From the NCBI RefSeq assembly GCF_013122565.1, contig NZ_CP053258.1: a stretch of 64,000 nt of DNA. The stretch is one strand, 5' to 3'. Below the pieces are notes generated by a model, which was not told where the DNA came from, did no database searches, and was given only the letters and a program-made list of their open reading frames with translations. This document shows, piece by piece, positions 20,777-29,895 of this stretch. The translations under genes and the position numbers were made by a program. The stretch comes from Escherichia coli (GTDB lineage Bacteria; Pseudomonadota; Gammaproteobacteria; Enterobacterales; Enterobacteriaceae). How positions within the stretch are numbered: position 1 is the first letter of the stretch; every line of letters begins with the position of its first letter.

Positions 20777-21880
20777 ATGAAATTATCTATCGACATTTCA
20801 GAACTTATTCAATTAGGGAAGAAAATGTTACCAGAAGGAGTCGATTTTTTTCTGGATGAATCCCCTATTGACTTTGATCCTATAGATATTGAGTTATCAA
20901 CGGGTAAAGAAGTTAGTATCGAAGATCTTGACCCTGGTAGCGGGCTTATCTCTTATCATGGCCGCCAGGTTCTTTTATATATTCGGGACCATTCAGGGCG
21001 TTATGATGCGGCTATCGTAGATGGCGAAAAAGGAAAACGTTTTCATATTGCCTGGTGCAGAACTCTTGATGAAATGCGCCATAAAAATCGATTTGAAAGG
21101 TATCATGCAACTAACCGCATAGATGGTTTATTCGAAATTGATGATGGTTCAGGTCGGAGCCAGGATGTTGATTTACGGGTATGTATGAATTGCCTCGAAC
21201 GGCTTAATTATAAAGGAAGTATTGATAAACAAAGAAAAAGAGAGATTTTTAAATCATTCTCATTAAATGAGTTTTTTTCAGATTATAGTACCTGTTTTCG
21301 TCATATGCCTAAGGGTATCTATGACAAAACAAATAGTGGGTATGTCGAAAACTGGAAGGAAATATCTAAAGAAATACGAGAAAAGGCAAATTATGTTTGT
21401 AATGATTGTGGCGTGAATTTATCAACCGCCAAAAACTTGTGCCATGTCCATCATAAAAATGGCATCAAATATGATAATCACCATGAAAACCTTCTTGTTC
21501 TGTGCAAGGATTGCCATCGAAAACAGCCCCTCCACGAAGGTATATTCGTTACCCAAGCAGAGATGGCTATCATTCAACGTTTACGTTCCCAACAAGGGTT
21601 ATTAAAAGCAGAATCCTGGAATGAAATATATGACCTGACTGATCCATCAGTGCATGGTGATATTAATATGATGCAACATAAAGGCTTTCAACCTCCTGTT
21701 CCTGGGTTAGATCTTCAAAACTCAGAACATGAAATTATTGCAACCGTAGAAGCTGCATGGCCAGGCCTTAAAATTGCAGTTAACCTTACTCCCGCCGAAG
21801 TCGAAGGATGGAGAATATATACCGTGGGTGAGCTGGTTAAAGAAATACAAACCGGAGCCTTTACGCCAGCAAAATTGTAA
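20777..21880 (+). CDS. HNH endonuclease-domain protein; Zorya type II ZorE-like
   Basis: HNH motif CNDCG...CHVHHKNG...NLLVLCKDCH; third gene of MotA-like/MotB-like cassette. Confidence 0.6.
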   Translation: MKLSIDISELIQLGKKMLPEGVDFFLDESPIDFDPIDIELSTGKEVSIEDLDPGSGLISYHGRQVLLYIRDHSGRYDAAIVDGEKGKRFHIAWCRTLDEMRHKNRFERYHATNRIDGLFEIDDGSGRSQDVDLRVCMNCLERLNYKGSIDKQRKREIFKSFSLNEFFSDYSTCFRHMPKGIYDKTNSGYVENWKEISKEIREKANYVCNDCGVNLSTAKNLCHVHHKNGIKYDNHHENLLVLCKDCHRKQPLHEGIFVTQAEMAIIQRLRSQQGLLKAESWNEIYDLTDPSVHGDINMMQHKGFQPPVPGLDLQNSEHEIIATVEAAWPGLKIAVNLTPAEVEGWRIYTVGELVKEIQTGAFTPAKL

Positions 21881-21891
21881 ATTCTAAAACT

Positions 21892-21915
21892 CCGTGAAAG
21901 TTAAGACTTTCACGG
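21892..21915 (+). terminator. Hairpin (10 bp perfect inverted repeat) after zorE-like gene, probable terminator
   Basis: CCGTGAAAGT-TAAG-ACTTTCACGG followed by A/T-rich tract. Confidence 0.4.
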
Positions 21916-22090
21916 AAGATAAATAAAATTATTCTGATTTGTGACTCAAATTACAAAAGTAGTTAATGGCATAACTTGTCTTGTTTTTATGGTATAACAG
22001 GTATAAAGGTATATGCTATGGTTCGCCTCATACTTAAAACTTCCCTCATACGGGTGAAGGTTAAAGCTTGGTAGACAGGAGACAGTCACA

Positions 22091-23197
22091 ATGAATAAAG
22101 CAATAACGGCGCTTGCTATCATGATGGCTTCATTTGCCGCAAACGCGTCTGTATTACCGGAAACTCCTGTGCCATTTAAAAGTGGTACCGGAGCAATTGA
22201 TAACGATACTGTCTACATTGGTTTAGGTAGCGCAGGTACGGCATGGTACAAGCTGGATACACAGGCCAAAGATAAAAAATGGACAGCGTTAGCTGCATTC
22301 CCTGGTGGACCAAGAGATCAAGCAACCTCGGCATTTATTGATGGCAATCTTTATGTGTTTGGCGGCATTGGCAAAAACAGCGAGGGCTTGACTCAGGTAT
22401 TTAATGACGTACACAAATACAACCCCAAAACCAATAGCTGGGTTAAATTGATGTCGCACGCACCGATGGGCATGGCGGGTCATGTGACTTTTGTACACAA
22501 CGGCAAGGCTTATGTTACTGGCGGTGTTAACCAGAATATCTTCAATGGCTATTTTGAAGATCTCAACGAGGCTGGAAAAGATTCAACCGCTATAGATAAA
22601 ATCAACGCCCACTATTTTGACAAAAAAGCAGAAGATTATTTCTTCAATAAGTTTCTGTTGTCTTTTGATCCCTCAACACAGCAATGGAGTTACGCTGGCG
22701 AATCTCCCTGGTACGGAACGGCTGGTGCGGCGGTTGTGAATAAAGGTGATAAAACCTGGCTTATTAATGGCGAAGCCAAACCAGGATTGCGAACGGATGC
22801 CGTATTTGAACTTGATTTCACCGGTAATAATTTAAAATGGAATAAGCTTGATCCCGTCTCATCACCAGATGGCGTCGCTGGCGGTTTTGCGGGGATAAGC
22901 AATGATTCTCTTATATTTTCCGGAGGGGCCGGATTCAAAGGTTCACGAGAAAATTACCAGCACGGAAAGAACTATGCGCATGAAGGCCTGAAAAAATCAT
23001 ATAGCACTGATATTCATCTTTGGCATAACGGGAAATGGGATAAATCGGGTGAATTATCGCAAGGTCGGGCCTACGGAGTATCATTGCCCTGGAATAATAG
23101 TTTATTAATTATTGGCGGTGAAACTGCAGGCGGCAAAGCAGTGACTGATTCAATTTTGATCTCTGTGAAGGATAATAAAGTCACAGTACAAAACTAA
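22091..23197 (+). CDS. nanM: N-acetylneuraminate epimerase (sialic acid mutarotase), Kelch-repeat periplasmic protein
   Basis: Signal peptide plus Kelch repeats; near-identical to remembered E. coli NanM (YjhT); RBS AGGAGA upstream. Confidence 0.9.
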   Translation: MNKAITALAIMMASFAANASVLPETPVPFKSGTGAIDNDTVYIGLGSAGTAWYKLDTQAKDKKWTALAAFPGGPRDQATSAFIDGNLYVFGGIGKNSEGLTQVFNDVHKYNPKTNSWVKLMSHAPMGMAGHVTFVHNGKAYVTGGVNQNIFNGYFEDLNEAGKDSTAIDKINAHYFDKKAEDYFFNKFLLSFDPSTQQWSYAGESPWYGTAGAAVVNKGDKTWLINGEAKPGLRTDAVFELDFTGNNLKWNKLDPVSSPDGVAGGFAGISNDSLIFSGGAGFKGSRENYQHGKNYAHEGLKKSYSTDIHLWHNGKWDKSGELSQGRAYGVSLPWNNSLLIIGGETAGGKAVTDSILISVKDNKVTVQN

Positions 23198-23261
23198 CGC
23201 TTCAGGGCCCCAGTAAAGGGGCCCTGCTATCAATTTGTCATTTGAATTACGCGAAAATTAT

Positions 23262-24242
23262 ATGAACGCAATAATATCGCCCGATTATTACTATGTTCTT
23301 ACCGTTGCTGGTCAGTCTAATGCCATGGCGTATGGCGAAGGACTGCCATTACCGGACAGGGAAGATGCGCCTCATCCCAGAATTAAACAATTAGCGAGAT
23401 TTGCGCATACGCATCCCGGAGGCCCGTCATGTCACTTTAACGACATTATTCCACTGACTCACTGCCCACACGATGTTCAGGATATGCAGGGTTATCACCA
23501 TCCACTGGCAACGAATCATCAAACACAGTACGGCACCGTTGGGCAGGCACTGCATATTGCACGGAAATTACTGCCCTTCATTCCTGATAATGCAGGGGTT
23601 CTCATCGTTCCATGTTGTCGTGGCGGCTCGGCTTTTACCGCAGGCAGCGAAGGGACATATTCAGAACGGCACGGAGCCAGCCATGATGCTTGTCGTTGGG
23701 GAACGGATACCCCGCTCTACCAGGATTTAGTCAGCAGAACGCGAGCCGCACTGGCAAAAAATCCGCAGAACAAATTCCTCGGCGTATGCTGGATGCAAGG
23801 CGAATTTGACTTAATGACCAGTGACTACGCGTCACACTCTCAACACTTTAATCATATGGTTGAAGCCTTTCGTAGGGATCTAAAACAATACCATTCTCAG
23901 CTTAATAATATTACTTACGCGCCGTGGTTTTGCGGCGATACCACCTGGTACTGGAAAGAAAATTTCCCTCATGCGTATGAAGCTATTTATGGCAATTATC
24001 AAAATAATGTTTTAGCCAATATTATTTTCGTGGACTTCCAGCAACAAGGTGCAAAAGGGCTAACGAACGCGCCTGATGAAGACCCGGACGATTTAAGCAC
24101 GGGATATTACGGTTCAGCGTACCGGTCACCGGAGAACTGGACGACGGCACTGCGAAGCAGTCATTTCAGCTCAGCAGCCCGTCGGGGGATTATTTCTGAC
24201 AGATTTGTAGAAGCAATTTTGCAGTTTTGGCGCGATAGGTGA
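23262..24242 (+). CDS. nanS: N-acetyl-9-O-acetylneuraminate esterase
   Basis: Matches remembered E. coli NanS (YjhS) beginning MNAIISPDYYY; ORF track extends to an upstream TTG at 23235. Confidence 0.8.
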   Translation: MNAIISPDYYYVLTVAGQSNAMAYGEGLPLPDREDAPHPRIKQLARFAHTHPGGPSCHFNDIIPLTHCPHDVQDMQGYHHPLATNHQTQYGTVGQALHIARKLLPFIPDNAGVLIVPCCRGGSAFTAGSEGTYSERHGASHDACRWGTDTPLYQDLVSRTRAALAKNPQNKFLGVCWMQGEFDLMTSDYASHSQHFNHMVEAFRRDLKQYHSQLNNITYAPWFCGDTTWYWKENFPHAYEAIYGNYQNNVLANIIFVDFQQQGAKGLTNAPDEDPDDLSTGYYGSAYRSPENWTTALRSSHFSSAARRGIISDRFVEAILQFWRDR

Positions 24243-24384
24243 GCGTTCATTAATTTGATTTATTTGCATCCATCAGTGCTTTTAACTCCTCCGGCGTAAA
24301 CGGTGGTTTGCGTCGGTGCAACATCGCATTGCAATTAGGGCACACAGGTAGCAAAAAAACAAATGAGATCAAGGTAATATATCT

Positions 24385-24639
24385 TTGCTTGCAGGCTTGA
24401 ACAGCAGAAAATTTGCGAGCATGATCGCAATTATTTCACTGCCAGGGATATCAATGGCTTCCAGTAAATCGCTACAGCAGGCAATTGCCAATATAAAAAT
24501 CTGGCACAAGGGTGAACAGCGCGCGCCGCATAAGCCATTGTTATTGCTATACGTATTAGCGGGATACCTGCATGGACATCCGCGCCTTTTCGATTATTGT
24601 AGTGGAACAGTCTACGAGGATGCAGTTCGAAGTGAGTAA
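24385..24639 (+). CDS. Small ORF (84 aa), possibly a truncated remnant of an ancestral gene next to nanS
   Basis: ORF track only; lies between nanS and island boundary; no motif recognised. Confidence 0.25.
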   Translation: MLAGLNSRKFASMIAIISLPGISMASSKSLQQAIANIKIWHKGEQRAPHKPLLLLYVLAGYLHGHPRLFDYCSGTVYEDAVRSE

Positions 24640-24915
24640 GTAAAGGTTGCTGGAAACGATCAATGCCGCCATACAATAATATTTGAGGATCAACAATGAG
24701 TAATAAAAATTACGAGAGTCACCGCAAAGCAATTGTTAGTAAAGGTATACCCCCCACTCTATTAAATAGGCTCACCAATTCGGATATTCAGGTGATCAAT
24801 ACCTTCTTAACACGAGTGAGCAAACTGGAACTATCTCAACAAGAGAAAGACTGGATCATAAAAATCATCTCTATGGTTTAGAGAATTTCAGCCTTGTAGC
24901 CTTTCAAGGGTTTTG

Positions 24916-25098
24916 TGTGGGTACAAACATTATCGAATCGGGATATAGCCGCAGCTGTAGCTGTACCCACATCAGTAAGTTGATGTAGGTTGACTTAGGT
25001 TGAGCGAAAAATAGCGAAAAGCCTTGTGTGGCGCGGATTTCAGTCACAAAAAAGACGTCCGTTGACGTCTATTGATGTTCCGATGGTGCGAAGGCCGC
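24916..25098. repeat. Degenerate copy of the leuX-proximal region (integrase upstream region, terminator-like hairpin and tRNA 3' end remnant); distal att boundary of the leuX island
   Basis: About 75 percent identity by eye to 47446-47630; TGGTGCGAAGGCCG at 25084-25097 resembles the tRNA 3' end; hairpin GACGTC-CGTT-GACGTC at 25054-25069. Confidence 0.6.
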
Positions 25099-25277
25099 AC
25101 CGCTCTTTCAAATATAATTCATTGAAATTAATGTGATTTATTAACCCAAAAATCACTTTGTATACTCACATGTATACTCAGCGCGATTCTCTGAGAAATC
25201 AACAACCTGAATAATCAGTCGGTACTTTAACGCTTCACAATGTTTATAGGAATTTCAAGTAAAGACAATGCTGCATA

Positions 25278-26225
25278 TCAAGCATTCAGGATGGCTAGCG
25301 CTAAGCTCCTAAACCTGGAGTAAGCCTCATCCCATGTGATCTTTCGCTCTCCATACACCATTGGCGAAACAAACTGCTGATAGCGCATCTCGTAGAGAGG
25401 ATTGTTCGCCAACTCATCCAGTCCCATTTTTAGCTCATCAACTGGAGATGCGCAAAACTGCGGGTACTGGTTGCCGTAACGCTGAATGTCCTGCTCAATA
25501 GTTTGTTGAACAAAATCAACGAGCTGACTCATATCAACATGACTCGTCTCAACAATACAGTTTGTATCGTAGATATGACGTACCAGCGATGCATCATCAA
25601 ATCGCTCAACATCTCGCACAACTGCCGCAGTACGACGTAACATCGCCACCAGCTTTTCTGCCTGTGTGCTAATGATAGTTGCACATGGAAACGCTGAAAC
25701 AATAGCCGCTTTTCCCGTGATCCCTGTTACCAGTGAATGAATATCCCGTAATTCAGAAGGCTCCAGTAACTTCGCTTCCATCAATTCCAGCCGGATAAAA
25801 GGACGCAAACAAGGTGCCTGCACCACTCGCTGTGGATAACGAACAGGTATGTCATTATAACGATATTCATCCCGCGTCACTTTTGGGTAATCATCATCAA
25901 AATTGAACACACCCGATGAAGCTATTGCACTGGAAACTGCCTGAACAATTTCTTTACGGGTATTTTTTCGCTGAGTGCGGGAAAGTGCCTGAAATGCATC
26001 CTTAGGCACCAGTTTGATATCCACATCTTCCGACATGCGATTAAGTGCGACACCTGATTTTGCCAGAGCGGTTCCTCCGGCAAACACCAATTGATGAGTA
26101 TCGAACACCAGAGGTTTAAGCAATTGCAAAAGCTCAACGATATAGTGATCTTTTTCCACAATTGCGACAGACTCAATACCAAGCGCGTCAGCCACTTCAG
26201 AAAAAAGAGTGGTTAAATCATCCAT
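25278..26225 (-). CDS. Nucleotidyltransferase-fold toxin, AbiEii-like (DUF1814-like)
   Basis: N-terminal region with GG..A....D.D motifs typical of minimal nucleotidyltransferases; overlaps upstream small gene by 8 nt. Confidence 0.6.
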   Translation of the reverse strand: MDDLTTLFSEVADALGIESVAIVEKDHYIVELLQLLKPLVFDTHQLVFAGGTALAKSGVALNRMSEDVDIKLVPKDAFQALSRTQRKNTRKEIVQAVSSAIASSGVFNFDDDYPKVTRDEYRYNDIPVRYPQRVVQAPCLRPFIRLELMEAKLLEPSELRDIHSLVTGITGKAAIVSAFPCATIISTQAEKLVAMLRRTAAVVRDVERFDDASLVRHIYDTNCIVETSHVDMSQLVDFVQQTIEQDIQRYGNQYPQFCASPVDELKMGLDELANNPLYEMRYQQFVSPMVYGERKITWDEAYSRFRSLALAILNA

Positions 26226-26613
26226 TTAATCTGCTGTTCCCTACAGATAATACGCGTTTAAAACGCCGGGGGGTTTTTATCTCGGGTGAAGCTGGGATCT
26301 GCGTAGAAGTACCGCTATTGTATGCCTGCGTTGCGCCAGCAAAACGATAGCGTACTTTCAGGCGTTCCAGCGTTTCGACAATCACCGCTGAAGAGCCTCC
26401 GGGAGCCGCTGGCATTACCTTGCCTGTAATACCGTTCCGCCGTGCTTTGGTATACACGCCATAACCAACCTTCAACAGTTGCCCTTCCCTGACAAGATCG
26501 CGCAATACCCGACCAACCTGATCGTAGCCTGCAATATCTTTAAAGTCGTCACGAGTGAATACGTAACGTTTAGAACGTTTCAGTCGTGACTGAATGCGTG
26601 CTTTTATCGTCAT
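26218..26613 (-). CDS. AbiEi-like antitoxin/transcriptional regulator (131 aa from ATG with strong RBS)
   Basis: ORF track start is at 26682, but ATG at 26613 is preceded by AGGAGG; basic N-terminus; stop overlaps toxin start. Confidence 0.5.
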   Translation of the reverse strand: MTIKARIQSRLKRSKRYVFTRDDFKDIAGYDQVGRVLRDLVREGQLLKVGYGVYTKARRNGITGKVMPAAPGGSSAVIVETLERLKVRYRFAGATQAYNSGTSTQIPASPEIKTPRRFKRVLSVGNSRLNG

Positions 26614-26645
26614 ATTCGCCTCCTGAGTCATTGCATAAAGAGTAG

Positions 26646-26689
26646 CAAAAATACGACATTTTAGATAGCAAACATACGACATTCATTTT
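26646..26689. promoter_or_regulatory. Two direct repeats of ATACGACATT in the promoter of the AbiEi-like gene
   Basis: Copies at 26651-26660 and 26674-26683, 23 bp apart; same core as inverted repeats at 35.2-35.3 kb. Confidence 0.4.
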
Positions 26690-27540
26690 GCTGATAACGC
26701 TGACGGAAAGTGCTTCGCCACGATATCATTCATCTTATCCACCAGATCCAGTCGCTTGAATGTGATATGCCCACTGCCCTTCTGAAAGTAGCGAATAGTG
26801 AATAACTCATCTTCGAAAATCTGCTGATGCGGATTATCGCGCACAAAATCCATAAACCGGATGGAGACATCATGCCGGTTATCGGGGATAGGTTTGCCAT
26901 CCAGCAAATAGAGCATACGCTCCAGATCGGCAAGCTGATCTCGCCGCCAGCCCCAGTTCAGGCTGTAGCCCCATCTGTCATGCTTCACCAGATTGTTAAC
27001 GATAATCTTCTTACCGAAATAACAGGGATTATTGGTTTTGTAGTCCCAGCTCAATCCCTTAAATACATTGATAATCCCACGTTCGAAAACATCCTGCTTA
27101 TTGTGGTGAAGTTGTTCAAAGGTACTCAGGATGTTGGCTTCGCTAATCGCCGGGAGATCACCCTCCTCCAGATTCTTTGCCCACTGACTGCGAGCTTCGG
27201 CATCCATCAGAGTCAGCATCCCAGACTTCAGCATGAGATCGCGCCAGATGCTGCGATCGATATTTCGGGTGATCACCGGCATGGCTTTATCCACCGGCTG
27301 CACCAGCCAGCAGTCGAAGGAATGGCCCTGACGCATCGCCCAATGCTCCGCCACATCACCACCGATGCTGGAGGTTAGCCGTGAGATATCATCAAGCTTA
27401 TGGATCAGGATTTCTATCAGACTCAACGCAGCATCACGACCCGTCACGATACGCTCAACATTGGTCGAGCAAATTAGCTCGTTATGATCGGTTAAGACTT
27501 CAGCTTCTGTTTGCATAATCTTTTGTCCGTGTAAAAGCAA
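26683..27540 (-). CDS. Conserved island protein (285 aa), possibly DUF4942-like
   Basis: ORF track; position downstream of a CbtA-like toxin gene as in CP4-type islands; family name recalled, not verified. Confidence 0.4.
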   Translation of the reverse strand: MLLHGQKIMQTEAEVLTDHNELICSTNVERIVTGRDAALSLIEILIHKLDDISRLTSSIGGDVAEHWAMRQGHSFDCWLVQPVDKAMPVITRNIDRSIWRDLMLKSGMLTLMDAEARSQWAKNLEEGDLPAISEANILSTFEQLHHNKQDVFERGIINVFKGLSWDYKTNNPCYFGKKIIVNNLVKHDRWGYSLNWGWRRDQLADLERMLYLLDGKPIPDNRHDVSIRFMDFVRDNPHQQIFEDELFTIRYFQKGSGHITFKRLDLVDKMNDIVAKHFPSALSAK

Positions 27541-27630
27541 ATGCGCCAGCCATGAACAGCAGGCGCATTATGCAGGGAGTTATGAGGGAAGTAATTTTGG
27601 CGATGTAAATCGGGAAGGAGACTTGCAGAT

Positions 27631-27972
27631 TCACCGTGCCGTGGTGTTATAGCAGCGGCGCAGCAGACCTGTAGCCTGCCGCGCCCGCAAAATATCGACC
27701 GCACGAAGATAAGGCGTCTGTTCCTGCCAGCTAAATCCTTTCCTGTCGATACGGATCAATTCGTACTTCTCCACCAGAAAATTGACGGCATCGACCAGAG
27801 TGATCCCGGCGTCTATGTGTTCCTGAATCACCTTTTCATTGTTGAATGGTGTGTCATTAAGATTCAGCCCGTAGTGCTGCTCCAGCAGGCGGGTCAGTAA
27901 TGTTTGCCAGACCACGATGGGCGACAGATATGACGTCGTCGCCCGCAGCGTCGTTGCAGGAATAATTTTCAT
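27631..27972 (-). CDS. CbtA/YeeV-family toxin (type IV TA, cytoskeleton-targeting)
   Basis: Strong similarity to remembered CbtA ([22 protein letters not shown]...[11 protein letters not shown]). Confidence 0.8.
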   Translation of the reverse strand: MKIIPATTLRATTSYLSPIVVWQTLLTRLLEQHYGLNLNDTPFNNEKVIQEHIDAGITLVDAVNFLVEKYELIRIDRKGFSWQEQTPYLRAVDILRARQATGLLRRCYNTTAR

Positions 27973-28002
27973 AACGATGTTCCGTATTAAGGAGGTTAAA
28001 AC

Positions 28003-28338
28003 TCAGCGTTGAGTGGGATAAATAGCGATATAGACGTAACCACAGGAACCCAGCGTATCGGCTTCGCAGGTTAGTCCTTTGGCGTATAGCGTGACGGTAC
28101 GTTGTTGGCAGGGGGAGAGTTCACCGTCAGCCAGTTTCAGCTCCAGTTGTTTCATCAGCACCGGAAAAGCCTGGTCGATATGCAGCAGATCCGGGGAGCT
28201 GAATTTCCCGGTGATTGCGGCCCGATCAGCCAGGTAATGCAGGTTATGTCTTTCCTGTACCAGTCGAGCAGTGAAGCGTGGTGTTACGGTACAGGGAAGC
28301 CCCCATTCTTGTTGCATGACCTTGTCCTTTTGCAGCAT
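28003..28338 (-). CDS. CbeA/YeeU-family antitoxin
   Basis: Similarity to remembered CbeA (WGLPCTVTPRFTARLVQE...HYLADRA...TLYAKGLTCEADTLGSCGYVY). Confidence 0.8.
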   Translation of the reverse strand: MLQKDKVMQQEWGLPCTVTPRFTARLVQERHNLHYLADRAAITGKFSSPDLLHIDQAFPVLMKQLELKLADGELSPCQQRTVTLYAKGLTCEADTLGSCGYVYIAIYPTQR

Positions 28339-28811
28339 TACAGCCAGCCCCGTTCGGCAAAAGAGAGGACATCCCCCGCCCCAATAATGAAATGATCCAG
28401 CACCCTCACTTTCACCAAATCCAGTGTCTTAACAATATTCGTTGTAATAAGTCTGTCGGCCCGACTGGGTTCCGTCACGCCGGAGGGATGGTTATGCGCA
28501 AGGATCACTGCTGCGGCATTGTGCCGTAGCGCAGATTTCACAATCTCACGGGGATGTACTTCTGTGCTGTTAATCGTGCCGAGAAATAGCGTTTCGTGTT
28601 CCAGCAGTCGGTTCTGGTTATCGAGGTAGAGCACAACAAACATTTCCCGCTCCTGTCGTGCCAGATGCAGTTGCAGCCAGGTTTTTGTGGAGTCAGAGGA
28701 AAGAAAAGATTCGCCAGGATTTCGTTGATATTTCTCCAGCAGACGCATCGCACGGCGGATAACGCGTTGTTCACTCACCGAAAATACCGGTGTTAGCATC
28801 AGTTCAGACAT
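28338..28811 (-). CDS. RadC-like JAB/MPN domain protein (YeeS/YfjY family)
   Basis: JAMM-like motif HNHPSG...S..D; CP4-type context. Confidence 0.8.
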   Translation of the reverse strand: MSELMLTPVFSVSEQRVIRRAMRLLEKYQRNPGESFLSSDSTKTWLQLHLARQEREMFVVLYLDNQNRLLEHETLFLGTINSTEVHPREIVKSALRHNAAAVILAHNHPSGVTEPSRADRLITTNIVKTLDLVKVRVLDHFIIGAGDVLSFAERGWL

Positions 28812-28840
28812 TGTGTTTCCTTTACTATTAATAGCGTTGT

Positions 28841-29659
28841 TTATGAGGCCAGTTGCAACATGTTTTCAGCCATCACCCACAGGGCGCGGTTGAGCCTGAC
28901 ATCGCCGTCGATGCCTTTAATGGCGCGGGTGTGCGTGCGACCACCTTTTGCCGTCCGCCCGTTTAAACCACCTTTGATCAGGTTCTCCTGAATTCGCTGG
29001 TAGGTCGTCCACAGATCGCCGGATTCATCCTGCCAGCGGCGCGGAGCCAGCAACTGGGATTCCGTCACTGGCTGGTACTCTTCGCCAAAGCGGTACGTCA
29101 GCGCCGCCTTTGCCAGCGCCTGTTGCGCAGGGGGAGGCAGCATCAGCGACTGCATGGCATCGCGTTTCTCTTCAACCTGGTCAAAAACACTGAGGACTTC
29201 ATAAGCGCCTTCAATCACTTTCTCCACCACATTGCCTTTATGCGGTACTCGTACTTCACCAAACGACTCGCCGCAGACCAGTCCGTTACAACAAACAGAA
29301 CGGAACAGCCCTGGCAGCATCTGATAAGAACTGGAACCGTCATGGCTGTTGAGCAGAATAATTTCCGGCACCTGGTTGCGATTGATCTGGTCTTCCCGGC
29401 GCAGACGCAGCATGTGTTTTGTATGCTCACGTTTACCCACATCACGAACACGGGTCTGGCAGGCAAAGAAAGGATGAAATCCTTCACGCTGGAGGTTATC
29501 GAGCAGGGTAATGGTGGGAATATAGGTATAGCGTTCGCTGCGTGATTCGTGCTTATTTTCCCCGAATACGCTGGGGACATACTGCATCAATTCGTCATGC
29601 GTTAATGGGCGATCGCGACGGATTTGATTTACGCGGCCAAAGCGGCTGGCTAAGTTCAT
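28841..29659 (-). CDS. DUF932-like island protein (YfjQ/YafZ-like)
   Basis: Size (272 aa) and position upstream of radC-like gene as in CP4-type islands; assignment from memory. Confidence 0.5.
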   Translation of the reverse strand: MNLASRFGRVNQIRRDRPLTHDELMQYVPSVFGENKHESRSERYTYIPTITLLDNLQREGFHPFFACQTRVRDVGKREHTKHMLRLRREDQINRNQVPEIILLNSHDGSSSYQMLPGLFRSVCCNGLVCGESFGEVRVPHKGNVVEKVIEGAYEVLSVFDQVEEKRDAMQSLMLPPPAQQALAKAALTYRFGEEYQPVTESQLLAPRRWQDESGDLWTTYQRIQENLIKGGLNGRTAKGGRTHTRAIKGIDGDVRLNRALWVMAENMLQLAS

Positions 29660-29845
29660 GGTAAATGCCTTAATAAAGAATATAAAAAACAGGGCCGCAG
29701 CTTCTGAAAAATTGCGGCTAATTTAATGCGTGATTAAAACGGACGGTAGTATAGGTGGGATAAAATAACAGGTACGTGCAGATATTAAATTACATTCCGG
29801 CAGTGCATATATGAAAGTGATATAGTGCTGAAATAATACATATCT

Positions 29846-29876
29846 GAATTCTCCCGGTGATAGTCACCGGGAGAAT
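29846..29876. terminator. Perfect 14 bp inverted repeat hairpin (AATTCTCCCGGTGA-TAG-TCACCGGGAGAATT)
   Basis: Read directly; located 20 nt after stop of the 317 aa gene on minus strand. Confidence 0.4.
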
Positions 29877-29895
29877 TTAAGTTTGAAATGACACC

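Noticed and set aside
24696-24881. 61 aa ORF between nanS and the att remnant
   Set aside because: Very short with no RBS or motif; not enough evidence to call it a gene.
26827-27378. 183 aa plus-strand ORF
   Set aside because: Antisense to the 285 aa island gene; no independent support.
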